This document shows positions 25,004 to 35,466 of a stretch of 54,269 nt of DNA, piece by piece. This DNA is from a virus. Lineage: Duplodnaviria; Caudoviricetes. Numbering within the stretch: the stretch's first letter is position 1; each line of letters starts with the position of its first letter. The position numbers were made by a program, and so were the translations under genes. Location of the stretch: positions 1-54,269 of the IMG/VR virus record IMGVR_UViG_3300034375_013642; one strand, given 5' to 3'. The notes beneath the pieces are model-generated. The model searched no databases and had not been told where the DNA came from. It saw only the letters and a program-made list of their open reading frames with translations.

Positions 25004-25131
25004 AGCAGCGGCGATAACGCCCACCACAACGCGCCGCTGCCAAGGGCCAGAATGGTCCAGGTCCGCCAAGAGCGAAGGTAAGGCCAGGCAACGCAGAGAA
25101 CCAAGGCTGCGGTGATTAAGGTTTCGATCAT
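25000..25131 (-). CDS. 43-aa membrane microprotein (antisense moron)
   Basis: AGGAG SD; MIETLITAALVLCVAWPYLRSWRTWTILALGSGALWWALSPLL. Confidence 0.6.
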   Translation of the reverse strand: MIETLITAALVLCVAWPYLRSWRTWTILALGSGALWWALSPLL

Positions 25132-25242
25132 GGGTGTACTCCTATTGATTGGAGTCACCCATTCTTCACACTTTTCCAAACTTGCAAGGGCGATATCCGA
25201 CCATTTTTTTGTCGGATTTTGCGATACCCCGAGGAGCCAGAC

Positions 25243-25818
25243 ATGACCGCAAAGAAAGGAGCCCGTTACGACTGGGCCGCGGTCGAGCGCGACTATCGCA
25301 CCGGCCAGTACAGCAACCGAGAGCTGGCCCGCCTGCATGGTCCGTCCGAGGGTGCAATCCGCAAGCGCGCCACCGATCACGGCTGGCAGCGCGACCTGTC
25401 TGAGCAGATCCGCCAGCGCGTGCGGGAGAAGACCACGCTTGCCGTGACCAAGGAGGTAGCGAGGGCTGATTCTGACGAGCTGATCATCGAGCAGGCTGCC
25501 GAGGCGGGCGCCGAGGTGATTCGCGGCCATCAGCGCTTGCTGCGAAAGGCCAAGGGCCTCGCTGAGACCCTGATGCAGCGGCTGAAAGAGCAGCTGGAGA
25601 AGGGCACGATGACCGTCCAGTTCAAGAGCGGCGAAGCGGCAGAGATTGACGTGCCCCTGGACTACGCCGGCAAGACACTGGGCAATGCCACCATGGCGCT
25701 GGAGCGCGTGGTGAAGATGGAGCGCCAGAGCTACGGCCTGGACGCCGACGACAAGGACAATATCGGCAAGACGCTGAAAGAGTTGCTGGCCGAGGTCGCG
25801 CCAGGTGTCGAAGAGTAG
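25243..25818 (+). CDS. terS: Terminase small subunit
   Basis: DWAAVERDYRTG...AIRKRA..HGWQRDL HTH; directly upstream of terL. Confidence 0.85.
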   Translation: MTAKKGARYDWAAVERDYRTGQYSNRELARLHGPSEGAIRKRATDHGWQRDLSEQIRQRVREKTTLAVTKEVARADSDELIIEQAAEAGAEVIRGHQRLLRKAKGLAETLMQRLKEQLEKGTMTVQFKSGEAAEIDVPLDYAGKTLGNATMALERVVKMERQSYGLDADDKDNIGKTLKELLAEVAPGVEE

Positions 25819-26967
25819 GGCGCCGGCCGCCGTCGTCTTCGAGGGTGAGCGGTGGCTGCGGTTGCATTGTGAGGGCAAGCTGACCGATCCGGCCGACCTG
25901 CTGCGTGCGCTGGATAACAAGTGGTACCGCCTCAACACGCTCTACAAGATTAAGGACAAGAACGGCAAGACGCGCACGTTCCGTCCGAACAAGCAGCAGC
26001 GCGAGCGGTTCATCCGCGGGCATTGCCGGAATGTGATCCTCAAGGCACGCCAGCTGGGCTTCACCACCTTCGAGATGATCGATGCGCTGGATGATTGCCT
26101 GTTCACTGAGAACTTTTCGGCTGGCTGCATCGCGCACGCGCTGGAAGACGCGAAGGACATCTTCCGGAACAAGATCAAGTTCGCCTATGACCAGCTCCGC
26201 CAGGGCGCGTGGATGGCGATCTTCAACACCATCGGTCTGAAGCTGCCGGCGCCGACCAGCGATCGCGGCGAAGGCTATGTATTCGACAATGGCTCGAGCA
26301 TCCGCGTCTCGACCAGTTACCGGGGCGGCACGCTGCAGCGCCTGCACGTCTCCGAGTTCGGCAAGATCTGCCGCAAGTACCCTGACAAGGCGCAGGAGAT
26401 CGTTACCGGCGCGTTCGAGGCGGTCGGCCTTGGTAACCAGGTAACACTGGAGAGCACCGCAGAAGGGCGTGAAGGCTACTTCCACGACTACTGCGCCACA
26501 GCGCAGAAGCACTGCACGAGAAGGGCTACACCTACGGGCAACATTACGGACCGCATGACCTGGCGGTGCGTGAGCTCGGTACCGGCAAGAGCCGTGTCGA
26601 TAAAGCGGCGCAGTTCGGCATCCGCTTCGAGATCGTGCCGCGGATCAGCAACCACGCCGAGGGCATCGAGGCGGTGCGCCAGTTCCTGCCGATGTGCTGG
26701 TTTGCGGAGCAGGTCGATGCTGGCGGCGATGACAAGGTGGTCAGCGTAGATCGCCTGATCGACTGTCTCGACAACTACCGCAAGGAATGGGACGACCGGC
26801 TGGGCGTGTACCGGTCGACCCCGCGTCACGACTGGGCGTCACACGGCGCCAAAGCATTCGAAACACTCGCCCGGAGCGGACTGTTTGAACTGTCCACCGG
26901 CATGAACAGCACGCCAACGGCTCCGAATACGGAGCGCGGACGCCGCAACTGGAACGCACACACATGA
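25805..26967 (+). pseudogene. terL: Terminase large subunit with internal deletion and frameshift near 26509
   Basis: ATPase motifs LKARQLGFTT, LHVSEFG and ESTAEG in one frame; nuclease C-terminus (HYGPHD, PRHDWASHGA) in another. Confidence 0.82.
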
Positions 26968-27329
26968 GCAGCAATCTTTTCATCACCGTTGAGCATCGAC
27001 AGGTGGCGAGCTTCATCGCGTCCAAGTTGGCGCCGCTGGCTGTTCCGTCCCGCCAGGTGCGCAACGACGTGGCCAACATTCAGGTGGATCCGGTGCTGGT
27101 GGGTGAGCATTACGACGAGCACCCGGCCGTGCAGTTCAAGTTCGACGTCGCCGACGGCATGGGGCTAGAGGTGCGAGTGAAGCTGGCTGAGTTCGCCGCC
27201 AACCCCGTCGGGTACATGCGCGAGCTGGTGGAGAACGTCCAGGGCATTCGCTTTGCTGCCTTGCAGCGCCGTAACGACCGCCGAGCTGAAGTCGCTCAGG
27301 TCTACCGGCAGTTGGAGGCCGTGCGATGA
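26964..27329 (+). CDS. Hypothetical protein
   Basis: ATGA-coupled between terL and the portal. Confidence 0.75.
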   Translation: MSSNLFITVEHRQVASFIASKLAPLAVPSRQVRNDVANIQVDPVLVGEHYDEHPAVQFKFDVADGMGLEVRVKLAEFAANPVGYMRELVENVQGIRFAALQRRNDRRAEVAQVYRQLEAVR

Positions 27330-29476
27330 GCCTGGGTCTGCTGCATTTCAAGCCCGCCTCCGAACTGAAGGCAGAGGAAGAAGCCGAGCAGCAGCGTCAG
27401 GACGAAGCCCGGCGCATGCAGGCGGTGGAAAGCTCGCTGTCCGGCCACATTCGCGGCGCCTTCGAGGCGGCGAAGACGGCCAAGCAGCCGATTGAGCGGC
27501 GCTTGCTGGACTGCGCGCGCCGACAAAAAGGCGAGTACGACGCTGACAAGCTCCGCGCAATTCGGGAAGAGGGCGGGAGCGAACTCTATCCGAAGCTGAC
27601 CACGACCAAGTGCCGTGCGGCAGCAGCATGGATCCGCGACATCCTGATGCCCGCCAATGGCAGGCCATGGGGGCTGGACCCAACGCCGGTTGCCGAGATT
27701 CCGCCCGGCTACTTGAACGCCTTCGCGCAGCGCCTGGGTGAGCGCGCGCAGGGCATGGACCAGCAGCAGTTGGAAGACCTGTTGCGCCGCGAGGTGCAGG
27801 CCAAGGCTCGGCAGATCGCTGATCGCCATGAAGAGGTGATCAACGACCAGCTTGAAGAGGGCGGCTGGAGCGAGGCGCTAGAATCGTTCATTGATGACTT
27901 CGTGACCTATCCCGCCGCGTTCCTGCGGGGCCCGCTGCTGCAGCGCGTGCCTGAGTTCGCCTGGAAGGAAGGCTGGCAGATGATTGAGGTGGAGGCGATC
28001 AAGCCGCAGTTTGCGCGCGTGTCGCCGTATGACCTATATCCGTCGCCGGATTCGTCGGGCATCGATGACGGTGCCTACCTGATCGAACGCGAGCGTTACA
28101 CCCGTGCACACCTGAACCGACTGCGCGGCGTGCCGGGCTACAAGGACGACGCCATCGAGCAGGTGCTGGTTGAGCACGGCCGGGGCGGTCTGCGCGAATG
28201 GCTGGCGACCGACTCTGAGCGTGCCCGCCTCGAAGATCGTAGTCACGACTGGATGACCAACCAGGGCGAGACGATCGAGGGCCTGCATTACTGGGGCAGC
28301 GCCCAAGGGCTGATCCTGCTGCAATGGGGCATGACGCCTGAGCAGGTCGACGATCCGCTGGGCGAGTACGAGATCGATGCCATTCTGATCGGGCGGCATG
28401 TGATCCGCTGCGTGATCAACCGCAACCCCATGGGGGCGCGTCCGTACCACAAGGCGTCGTTCCAGCTGGTACCGGGCTCCTTCTGGGGTATCGGTATTCC
28501 TGAATTGATGTCAGACGTGCAGGACATGTGCTGCGCGGTGGCCCGGGCGCAAGCGAACAACATGGCTTTCGCCAGCGGCCCGCAAATCGAAATCGCCATG
28601 GACCGCCTGGCGCCGGAAGAGAACCCCAACGAAATCTTCCCAATGAAGCGCTGGAGGACAAAGAGCGATCGCACCGGCACCGGATCGCAGCAGCCAGCCA
28701 TCCGCTTCTACCAGCCTGATAGCCGCGCAGGCGAGCTGATGCAGGTCTATTCCCAGTGGGAGCAGCGCGCGGACGACGCGACGAACATTCCGCGCTATTC
28801 CTACGGCAACGAGAAGGTCGGCGGGGCAGGCAACACTGCCAGTGGCCTGTCCATGCTGCTGGAGAGCGCGAACAAGGGCATTAAGGACGCCATTCGCCAC
28901 ATTGACCGGGGCGTCACCAGTCGCGTGATCGCCGCGCTCTGGCTGTTCAACATGCGCTACAGCCCGGACATGTCGATCAAGGGAGACTGCCGTGTAGTGC
29001 CGCGCGGTGCCAGCGCGATGCTGCTGCGCGAGCAGACTCAGCAGGCCCGCCAGCAGTTCTTGGCTGCTACCGGCAACGAGGCGGACATGCAGATTATCGG
29101 CGTGGAAGGCCGCGCGCGATTGCTGCGCAGCATCGCCGACCAACTCGACATGCCGGGGCTGGTTCCCGAAGACGACGAGATCAAGGGTCGCGTCGAGCAG
29201 GAGAACAAGCGGCAGGCGCAGCAGCAAGAACAGCAAATGCAGCTGGAGGCCGGCAAGGTTCAGGCAGACGCGGCGAAGAAGCAGGCCGATGCCGGCAAGA
29301 GCCAGGCCGAAACCCAGCGGATCCTGCTGGAAATCCAGGCCCTGATGGGCCAACTGCAAGTACTTGGAGGGTTGGGTGGAGCTATCCCAGGAACAATACA
29401 AGGCGCTGGCCCGACTGGAGGCGAACAACAGTCCGGATTGGCAATGCCTCAAGCAGGCGCTGCGCCAAGCTATTGA
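27326..29476 (+). CDS. Portal protein
   Basis: 716 aa after the terminase; GSFWGIGIPELMSDVQ, TASGLSML; Gln-rich coiled-coil tail. Confidence 0.85.
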   Translation: MSLGLLHFKPASELKAEEEAEQQRQDEARRMQAVESSLSGHIRGAFEAAKTAKQPIERRLLDCARRQKGEYDADKLRAIREEGGSELYPKLTTTKCRAAAAWIRDILMPANGRPWGLDPTPVAEIPPGYLNAFAQRLGERAQGMDQQQLEDLLRREVQAKARQIADRHEEVINDQLEEGGWSEALESFIDDFVTYPAAFLRGPLLQRVPEFAWKEGWQMIEVEAIKPQFARVSPYDLYPSPDSSGIDDGAYLIERERYTRAHLNRLRGVPGYKDDAIEQVLVEHGRGGLREWLATDSERARLEDRSHDWMTNQGETIEGLHYWGSAQGLILLQWGMTPEQVDDPLGEYEIDAILIGRHVIRCVINRNPMGARPYHKASFQLVPGSFWGIGIPELMSDVQDMCCAVARAQANNMAFASGPQIEIAMDRLAPEENPNEIFPMKRWRTKSDRTGTGSQQPAIRFYQPDSRAGELMQVYSQWEQRADDATNIPRYSYGNEKVGGAGNTASGLSMLLESANKGIKDAIRHIDRGVTSRVIAALWLFNMRYSPDMSIKGDCRVVPRGASAMLLREQTQQARQQFLAATGNEADMQIIGVEGRARLLRSIADQLDMPGLVPEDDEIKGRVEQENKRQAQQQEQQMQLEAGKVQADAAKKQADAGKSQAETQRILLEIQALMGQLQVLGGLGGAIPGTIQGAGPTGGEQQSGLAMPQAGAAPSY

Positions 29477-29609
29477 GGCCGAGCGCGATGCGTTGGAGCA
29501 ATCCAGCTCAACCGAAACCCTGTACCGGCTGCAAGGACGCGCCGGAGTCATACGCGAACTACTGCTAGCCATTGAGGACAGCAGGGAGATTGCCAGACAG
29601 CACTCATAA
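29376..29609 (+). CDS. Small head-region protein
   Basis: GGAGG SD with GTG start; YRLQGRA motif. Confidence 0.7.
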   Translation: MELSQEQYKALARLEANNSPDWQCLKQALRQAIEAERDALEQSSSTETLYRLQGRAGVIRELLLAIEDSREIARQHS

Positions 29610-29610
29610 C

Positions 29611-29638
29611 AAAGCCGCCTACCGAGGCGGTTTTTTTA
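29611..29638 (+). terminator. Intrinsic terminator
   Basis: GCCGCCT-accg-AGGCGGT plus T-run. Confidence 0.8.
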
Positions 29639-29741
29639 TGGGCGACTGCTCGCCGTGCCTCGGCCAGGCATGGGCGAATCCAGAACCCGCACCGTGAACC
29701 CCAGCAAGACGCTGGCTCGCCCCGTTTGGAGAAGACCGCAA

Positions 29742-30647
29742 ATGCTACCCCGTTCAGTGCAAGACCAGGCGAACGCCGCGAAGGCCCTGCAGGACCAGCT
29801 GAATCAGCCGGCCACCGAGGAACCCGAGAATCCCGCTCCCGCAGCGGCTCCCGAGCCAGAACCGCAGCCAACGCCGACCGAGCCTGCCGCGCAACCCGCA
29901 CCCGAACCCCAGCCCGAAACCCGGGACGCTGCCTACTGGCGTCACCGCTTCGACGTGCTGCAAGGCAAATACAATGCCGAGGTTCCCGCGCTGCGCAAGG
30001 AGATTGCCAAGCTGGAAGCCCAGCTGGCCGCCGCCGACAAGCAACAGCCGGCGTCCGCGGTTCAGCGAGCCCAGGAGGCGATGTCCGACCTGACCGAAGC
30101 GGAGATCGAAGAGTACGGCCCGGATCTGGTGAACCTGATCAAGCGTGTCGCCGGCAGCGCCGCCGCCCCAAGCAACAACGGCGACCTGCAGGAGATCAAG
30201 AGCGAACTGGGTCAGCTACGTGAAGAGAAGCGACAGGACGCCGAAGCGCGTTTCTGGACCGACCTCGAAGCGCAGGTACCGAACTTCCGCGCCGTCAACG
30301 CCGATCCGGCATTCCATCAGTGGCTAACCGAGATCGATCAACTGAGCGGCCAGCCCCGCCAGCAACTGCTGGTTGGTGCTCAGCAAGCGCTCGATGCGTA
30401 TCGAGTGGCTGCGGTCTTCAAGTCCTTCGTCGCCGCGGCACCGAGGGCACAGAAAGAAACCATTCCGGATGACCAGGTGCAGCCGCGCCAGGCCCGCTCT
30501 GCTGCACCGGAACCGCAGCAAGGCAAGGTTTGGACGCGCGCTGAGATCAGCGAGTTCTACCGGAACAAGGCGAGCTATCCGAAGGATCAGGCCGCCGCAA
30601 TCGAAACCGACATCTTTGCCGCTCAGGCTCAGGGCCGCATCCGCTGA
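29742..30647 (+). CDS. Putative scaffolding protein
   Basis: Pro/Glu-rich and helical, LQGKYNAEVP, ends AQAQGRIR; directly before the capsid gene. Confidence 0.75.
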   Translation: MLPRSVQDQANAAKALQDQLNQPATEEPENPAPAAAPEPEPQPTPTEPAAQPAPEPQPETRDAAYWRHRFDVLQGKYNAEVPALRKEIAKLEAQLAAADKQQPASAVQRAQEAMSDLTEAEIEEYGPDLVNLIKRVAGSAAAPSNNGDLQEIKSELGQLREEKRQDAEARFWTDLEAQVPNFRAVNADPAFHQWLTEIDQLSGQPRQQLLVGAQQALDAYRVAAVFKSFVAAAPRAQKETIPDDQVQPRQARSAAPEPQQGKVWTRAEISEFYRNKASYPKDQAAAIETDIFAAQAQGRIR

Positions 30648-30694
30648 GAGCGCCCTGTAACGCCGTGAGGCGTCACGTTCAGGAGTAACACAAC

Positions 30695-31636
30695 ATGGCA
30701 GGTCCAACCCGCGCCGCTGGCGCACCCAACTACAGCTCGTCCGGTACCGCCGGTTTCATTCCGGAAATCTGGTCCGGGAAACTGGTTGAGAAACTGTACG
30801 CAAGTACCTGTTTTGGCGAGATTGCCAACACCGATTACGAAGGCGAGATCAAGAACAAGGGCGACACCGTTCAGATCCGCACCGTGCCTTCGATCACCAT
30901 CAAGGACTACGAGATTGGTGGCGGTCTCACCTACGAGAAGCCGACCAGCGACAAGGTCGAGCTGCAGATCGACAAGGCGAAGTATTTTGCCTTCGAGGTC
31001 AACGACATCGACCGCTACCAGGCCGATATCAAGCTGATGGACGAGTTCTCGGACGACGGCGGCGAGCAGATGAAGATCGCCATCGACACCGACATCCTGT
31101 CGCGTCACTACGTCGATGCAGCTGCCGAGAACGCCGGCGCTGCTGCTGGCGCCAAGTCGGCCAGCTACAACCTGGGCGCTGCCGGTGCGCCGATCGCGAT
31201 CACCAAGGAAAACGTTCTCGACGTGCTGGTGGACTGCGGCTCGGTGCTCGATGAGCAGAACGTTCCGGAAACCGGCCGCTGGGTGATCCTGCCTGCCTGG
31301 ATGAGCGGCATGCTGAAGAAGTCTGACCTCAAGGACGCCTCTATCATGGGCGACGCGCAGTCGGTCTTCCGTAACGGCAAGCTTGGCACCCTGGATCGCT
31401 TCACGGTGTACATCAGCAACAACATGAGCATCGTCGACGACGCCACCGCGGCGAAGAAGGCGACCAACATCATGTTCGGCCACAAGAAGGCGCTGACCTT
31501 CGCCAGCCAGATGACGCAGATGGAGACCCTGCCCAACCCGCAGGACTTCGGCAAGCTGGTGCGCGGTCTGAACGTCTACGGCTCCAAGGTCATCGACCCG
31601 AAAGCCATGGGCCACCTGTACGCCGCTCGCGGCTAA
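30695..31636 (+). CDS. Major capsid protein
   Basis: FIPEIWSGKL, NTDYEGEI..KGDTVQI, VRGLNVYGSKV; strongly biased codons. Confidence 0.9.
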   Translation: MAGPTRAAGAPNYSSSGTAGFIPEIWSGKLVEKLYASTCFGEIANTDYEGEIKNKGDTVQIRTVPSITIKDYEIGGGLTYEKPTSDKVELQIDKAKYFAFEVNDIDRYQADIKLMDEFSDDGGEQMKIAIDTDILSRHYVDAAAENAGAAAGAKSASYNLGAAGAPIAITKENVLDVLVDCGSVLDEQNVPETGRWVILPAWMSGMLKKSDLKDASIMGDAQSVFRNGKLGTLDRFTVYISNNMSIVDDATAAKKATNIMFGHKKALTFASQMTQMETLPNPQDFGKLVRGLNVYGSKVIDPKAMGHLYAARG

Positions 31637-31646
31637 CCCCTGCAGC

Positions 31647-31672
31647 AGAGCCGCCTTTCGGGGCGGCTTTGC
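31647..31672 (+). terminator. Hairpin/terminator after the capsid gene
   Basis: AGAGCCGCC-tttcgg-GGCGGCTTT. Confidence 0.7.
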
Positions 31673-31692
31673 CGTTTCTGGAGTAACGATTG

Positions 31693-32190
31693 ATGGACCT
31701 AGCTGATCTAATTGCAGCGGTAAAGGCGGCAGCCACCAAGGATGCGCTCGAAACGCTGGTGAAGGACGAGCTATCCCTCGACCTGGACAAGCGTAAAACA
31801 CTCAAGGCGCTGCGCGCCGAAGTGCTGAAGGGCCTGGGCGAGACCGTGGAAGAGGGCGGTGACGACGATGCCGATGCCGGCGAAACCGCGAGTGGCAGTC
31901 CTGGCGAAAGCTCGGAGAAGGTCGGCAACGCTGCTGCGCAAGCGCCTGAGCCACCAGCTGCGCCCACCCTAACGCCTGCGCCAACCTCTCAGCCCGATGC
32001 CGCCGCGATTCAGCCAGTCGCAGCGGCCACTCCAGCACCGGCCCCGGTAACCCCGCCCGCCCTGGACGAGGCGCCCGAGCCGGCGATCGAGCCCACCGTA
32101 GGCAATCGCCTGCTGCGCCACAAGGTCTCCGGCCGCACCGTCTTGTGGACGCCAGCCTTGTCCAAGCTGGTCGACCTGGAAGAGGTCTAA
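31693..32190 (+). CDS. Hypothetical protein with Pro/Ala linker
   Basis: GGAG SD; position after the capsid gene. Confidence 0.7.
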   Translation: MDLADLIAAVKAAATKDALETLVKDELSLDLDKRKTLKALRAEVLKGLGETVEEGGDDDADAGETASGSPGESSEKVGNAAAQAPEPPAAPTLTPAPTSQPDAAAIQPVAAATPAPAPVTPPALDEAPEPAIEPTVGNRLLRHKVSGRTVLWTPALSKLVDLEEV

Positions 32191-32193
32191 GCC

Positions 32194-32865
32194 ATGGCCA
32201 CTGTCGGTGACCTGCTGCGACGGGCGCGCACTATCCTGCAAGAGATCACACAGGATGGGGTTCGCTGGACCAACGCAGAACTGTTGGATTGGTTGAACGA
32301 GGCCTATGCGACCGTGCTGGCGATCCGACCGAGCGCCAACACCATCAATGCCAAGTTCGCCTGTGTGGTTGGTACCCGCCAGGAGTTGCCGACTGAAGCC
32401 GACCGGCTGTTGGGGGTCGTACGCAACCTCTCCACCAAGGCGCAAGGACTGATTGTGACGGCTGTCGACCGTGGCACGCTAGACGCAACGCGCCGACGCT
32501 GGCATGGGGAGCCCCAGACCGAAGTGATTGAGCATTTCATGTTCGACAGCTTGGACCCGCGGCGCTTCTACGTTTATCCGCCGGCATCTGCCGCCGCCAG
32601 GCTGGAAATCATTTACTCGCGAGTGCCGGAGCCGCACGCGCAGAGCGAGGCTCGCGCGGACTCAGCCGAGCTGCTGCGGCTGCCAGAGAGCTATGCCCCG
32701 ATCCTGTTGGACATGGTGCTGGCCCGGGCATTCAGCAAAGACGCCGAGCACGCCGCCAACCTGCAGCGCGCCACCCTACACTCGCAGTCGGCCCAGGCCG
32801 CGCTGGGGCTGAAGATTCAGGGCGCCGCTACGGCGAGCCCTAATGCGCGCGCGGGGGCTCGATGA
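32194..32865 (+). CDS. Head-tail adaptor (DUF6682-like)
   Basis: VRWTNAELLDWLNEA, FYVYPP, RAFSKDAE. Confidence 0.75.
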   Translation: MATVGDLLRRARTILQEITQDGVRWTNAELLDWLNEAYATVLAIRPSANTINAKFACVVGTRQELPTEADRLLGVVRNLSTKAQGLIVTAVDRGTLDATRRRWHGEPQTEVIEHFMFDSLDPRRFYVYPPASAAARLEIIYSRVPEPHAQSEARADSAELLRLPESYAPILLDMVLARAFSKDAEHAANLQRATLHSQSAQAALGLKIQGAATASPNARAGAR

Positions 32866-33428
32866 CTACTGTTGCCGATTTGGTAGATGACCTGATGCCG
32901 GAGGTCCCGGGCTGTCCTGCGTCGACGGTGCGGGATGCGCTGCGATGGGCGCAGCGTGAGCTCTGCGCGGAAGGTAACGCATGGATCGTTAGCGATGGGC
33001 CGGTTGTGGTTGGGGCTGATACGCCGTTTGCTGAGGTGGAAGTGCCTTCTGGCGCCGAGGCGCTGCGTATCGTGAGCCTGCTGCAGAGCGGGCGAGAGCT
33101 GAAGCCGGGGCTGGACTACCGGCAGACCGGCAGCAATGGCGTCGAGTTTCTGCGCGCTGCGCCCGACAGCAGCACGCTGCTGGGCTCGCTGGCATGCAAG
33201 CCGTCACGGGGCAGGGACATGCCGCCCGAACTGGTCGCCCGCTGGGAGGAGGCCATCAAGGACGGCGCCCGCTCGCGCCTATTGATCCTGCCTTACCCAT
33301 GGCGCGACCCGCAGCTATCGGAACATTACCGCCGAAAGCTTCTCGACGCCCAGGCCGACGCGCGGTCTCTGGCAGCCAGCGGATACCAGTCTGGCAGCGT
33401 CCGGATGCGAACCCGCAGCTTCGCCTGA
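32862..33428 (+). CDS. Second adaptor-like structural protein
   Basis: PEVPGCP...ELC pattern; coupled to the upstream gene. Confidence 0.7.
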   Translation: MTTVADLVDDLMPEVPGCPASTVRDALRWAQRELCAEGNAWIVSDGPVVVGADTPFAEVEVPSGAEALRIVSLLQSGRELKPGLDYRQTGSNGVEFLRAAPDSSTLLGSLACKPSRGRDMPPELVARWEEAIKDGARSRLLILPYPWRDPQLSEHYRRKLLDAQADARSLAASGYQSGSVRMRTRSFA

Positions 33429-33478
33429 TTCAACGAAACATCCCACACATCCTGCATGTCAGCCCGGGAGGGCCACCT

Positions 33479-33883
33479 ATGTCCGCTTTTTCTGATTACC
33501 TTGAAAACAAACTTGCCGACGTGACACTGCGTGGCGGCACCTACTCAGGTGGCGCTGTGTTCATCGGCCTTTTCACCTCTGACCCGACCGATGCTGGAAC
33601 CGGTGCCGAAGTGGCGGATTCCGCTTACCAGCGGCAGCAGGCGCATACCTCCGTCACCTCCGATGGGTTCACTGCTCCCGCAAATGGTGCAAGCAGTAAT
33701 ACGCGCACCGTCGTCTTCCCGGCCATCGTCGATGCTCAAACCACAGTTACCCACTGGGGCATCTTCGATGCTCAGGCCGCTGGCAACCTGCTGTACCACT
33801 CGGCGATGCTCAACCCGAAAACGCTGGACCCGACTGACGTGGTGTCCTTCCCGATCGGCTCGCTCTCTGTTGTGCTGAGCTAA
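33479..33883 (+). CDS. Virion fibre/structural protein
   Basis: SDYLENKL, GLFTSDP, THWGIFDAQAAGNLL. Confidence 0.75.
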   Translation: MSAFSDYLENKLADVTLRGGTYSGGAVFIGLFTSDPTDAGTGAEVADSAYQRQQAHTSVTSDGFTAPANGASSNTRTVVFPAIVDAQTTVTHWGIFDAQAAGNLLYHSAMLNPKTLDPTDVVSFPIGSLSVVLS

Positions 33884-33887
33884 GCCC

Positions 33888-35147
33888 ATGCACCTGTTCG
33901 GTAGGACACTACTAGGGGGCGCGCTTGTTGCGGGGTATGTCACCGTATCAGGGGTGGCGATCTGTAGCGCCACCGCAACAGGCGAGGCACAGGTTCATTA
34001 CAAAGGGGCGGGGCTTGCAGAAGTCCGCGCCTCTGCTTTCGGCGAGGGGATTCGCGACGCCTCGGGCCGGGCCATCACCGCTCAGGCAACCGCCCAGGCC
34101 ATTGCGCAGCCTGTAGCGCTCTACAGCGCCGCCGGCGTCGCGCAGGTCAGTGCCCTGGCTCAAGGCGTTGCGCAGGCCTCATTCTTCGGCGCGGGGGTAG
34201 CGCAAGCCGACGCATACGCGGCAGGCAGCTTGCAGAGGCGTGTGCGGATGCCGTTTCAGCCGCCAGCCAGGGCGGTCGCTTCGGCCCAGGGTGAAGTGGT
34301 CAGCTACGTTCTGGCCTACGGTCGCCCGGCGCATGCCCGTGCAAGGCTGGTGGGCACCACCTACCACGTCGGGCGAGGTATCGCGCAGGCCACCGCCGCC
34401 CTGTTCGGCGATGCTCAGAAGCAGATCGGGGAGCGCCAGTTCGCTCACGCACAAGCCTCAGGATTCGGCACCCAGGTTTATATCGCCGGCGCTGCCGGCA
34501 GGGGCATAGCCAGCGCTGAGGGCAGCGCCGACGCCGCGGTGACGAAAGGGGGCGTTCGGTACTTCGAGCTGTTCGGCACAGCCAGGGCAACCGCTCAGGC
34601 CAGTCTGAGTCACGTAGTGATTTACCAGCCCCAGGTCATGCGGGCCTTCGCTCACGCTTACGGCAGCGCCGTACAGATCCGCGGATTCGCCGGCAAAGGG
34701 GTCGCCACGGCCAAGGCTACCGGCTACATGGATATGACCTATACCGGCCAGGAAGGCGAGCCCGCATCGGTCACCGCAATGGCAAGCGGCTACTGCGTCC
34801 GACACGTTTTCGCTGCTGGCGTGGCGAAGTGCACGGCGCAAGGCTTCGGCAGTGCCATGGCCGAGTTCCGAGGTGCGGGCAGCGCAGCCCTGAGCGCAGA
34901 GGCGCAAGCCCAGACGATGCATCTCATGCTTGCCAATCAGCCCGCCGCCGAGGCCTTGGCCACTGCTACTGGACGAGCGCAGCGGATCATCATCGCCGGC
35001 GGCGTCACCGCTCAAGCTGTTGCCGAGGCATCCGGCTACAACCAGATCAATGATCTATCCAGGGCGCCTTCTTCTCGCACGGCAATGGTCACCTACGCCG
35101 GTCGCGTGAGCGCCATCGGGGCTGAGCCTCGCACAATCAGGATTTGA
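33888..35147 (+). CDS. Ala/Gly-rich repetitive structural protein
   Basis: 419 aa with periodic G.A.A.A.A.G repeats. Confidence 0.7.
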   Translation: MHLFGRTLLGGALVAGYVTVSGVAICSATATGEAQVHYKGAGLAEVRASAFGEGIRDASGRAITAQATAQAIAQPVALYSAAGVAQVSALAQGVAQASFFGAGVAQADAYAAGSLQRRVRMPFQPPARAVASAQGEVVSYVLAYGRPAHARARLVGTTYHVGRGIAQATAALFGDAQKQIGERQFAHAQASGFGTQVYIAGAAGRGIASAEGSADAAVTKGGVRYFELFGTARATAQASLSHVVIYQPQVMRAFAHAYGSAVQIRGFAGKGVATAKATGYMDMTYTGQEGEPASVTAMASGYCVRHVFAAGVAKCTAQGFGSAMAEFRGAGSAALSAEAQAQTMHLMLANQPAAEALATATGRAQRIIIAGGVTAQAVAEASGYNQINDLSRAPSSRTAMVTYAGRVSAIGAEPRTIRI

Positions 35148-35148
35148 G

Positions 35149-35466
35149 ATGGACGTATTTTCCAAGCAACCAAACGACGTGCTGGATTACGACGTGGATC
35201 TGACCGACTGGTTTGCCGATATCGCGGACGACGATATCGAGTCAGTGGAGATTACCGTCACCAGCACAGCGGAGCCGGTGCCGGCATTGGTGCTGGGCCC
35301 AGTGCCGCACAATCCCTACACATTGCTGGGGGCCAGCCCGCAGCGCTTCAAGCTATGGCTCGGGGGCGGCACACACTTCGTGGACTACGTGGTGACCTGC
35401 GTCGTGCGCACTGAGCAGGACCGGGTTAAAGAAGTTGAGTTCAAGATCAAGGTGCGTGACCGATGA
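35149..35466 (+). CDS. Fibre-tail adaptor-like protein
   Basis: KQPNDVLDYDVDLTDW, KLWLGGG. Confidence 0.7.
   Translation: MDVFSKQPNDVLDYDVDLTDWFADIADDDIESVEITVTSTAEPVPALVLGPVPHNPYTLLGASPQRFKLWLGGGTHFVDYVVTCVVRTEQDRVKEVEFKIKVRDR

Noticed and set aside
26490-26530. Programmed frameshift or intron producing full-length TerL
   Set aside because: No slippery heptamer seen, and sequence is missing rather than inserted
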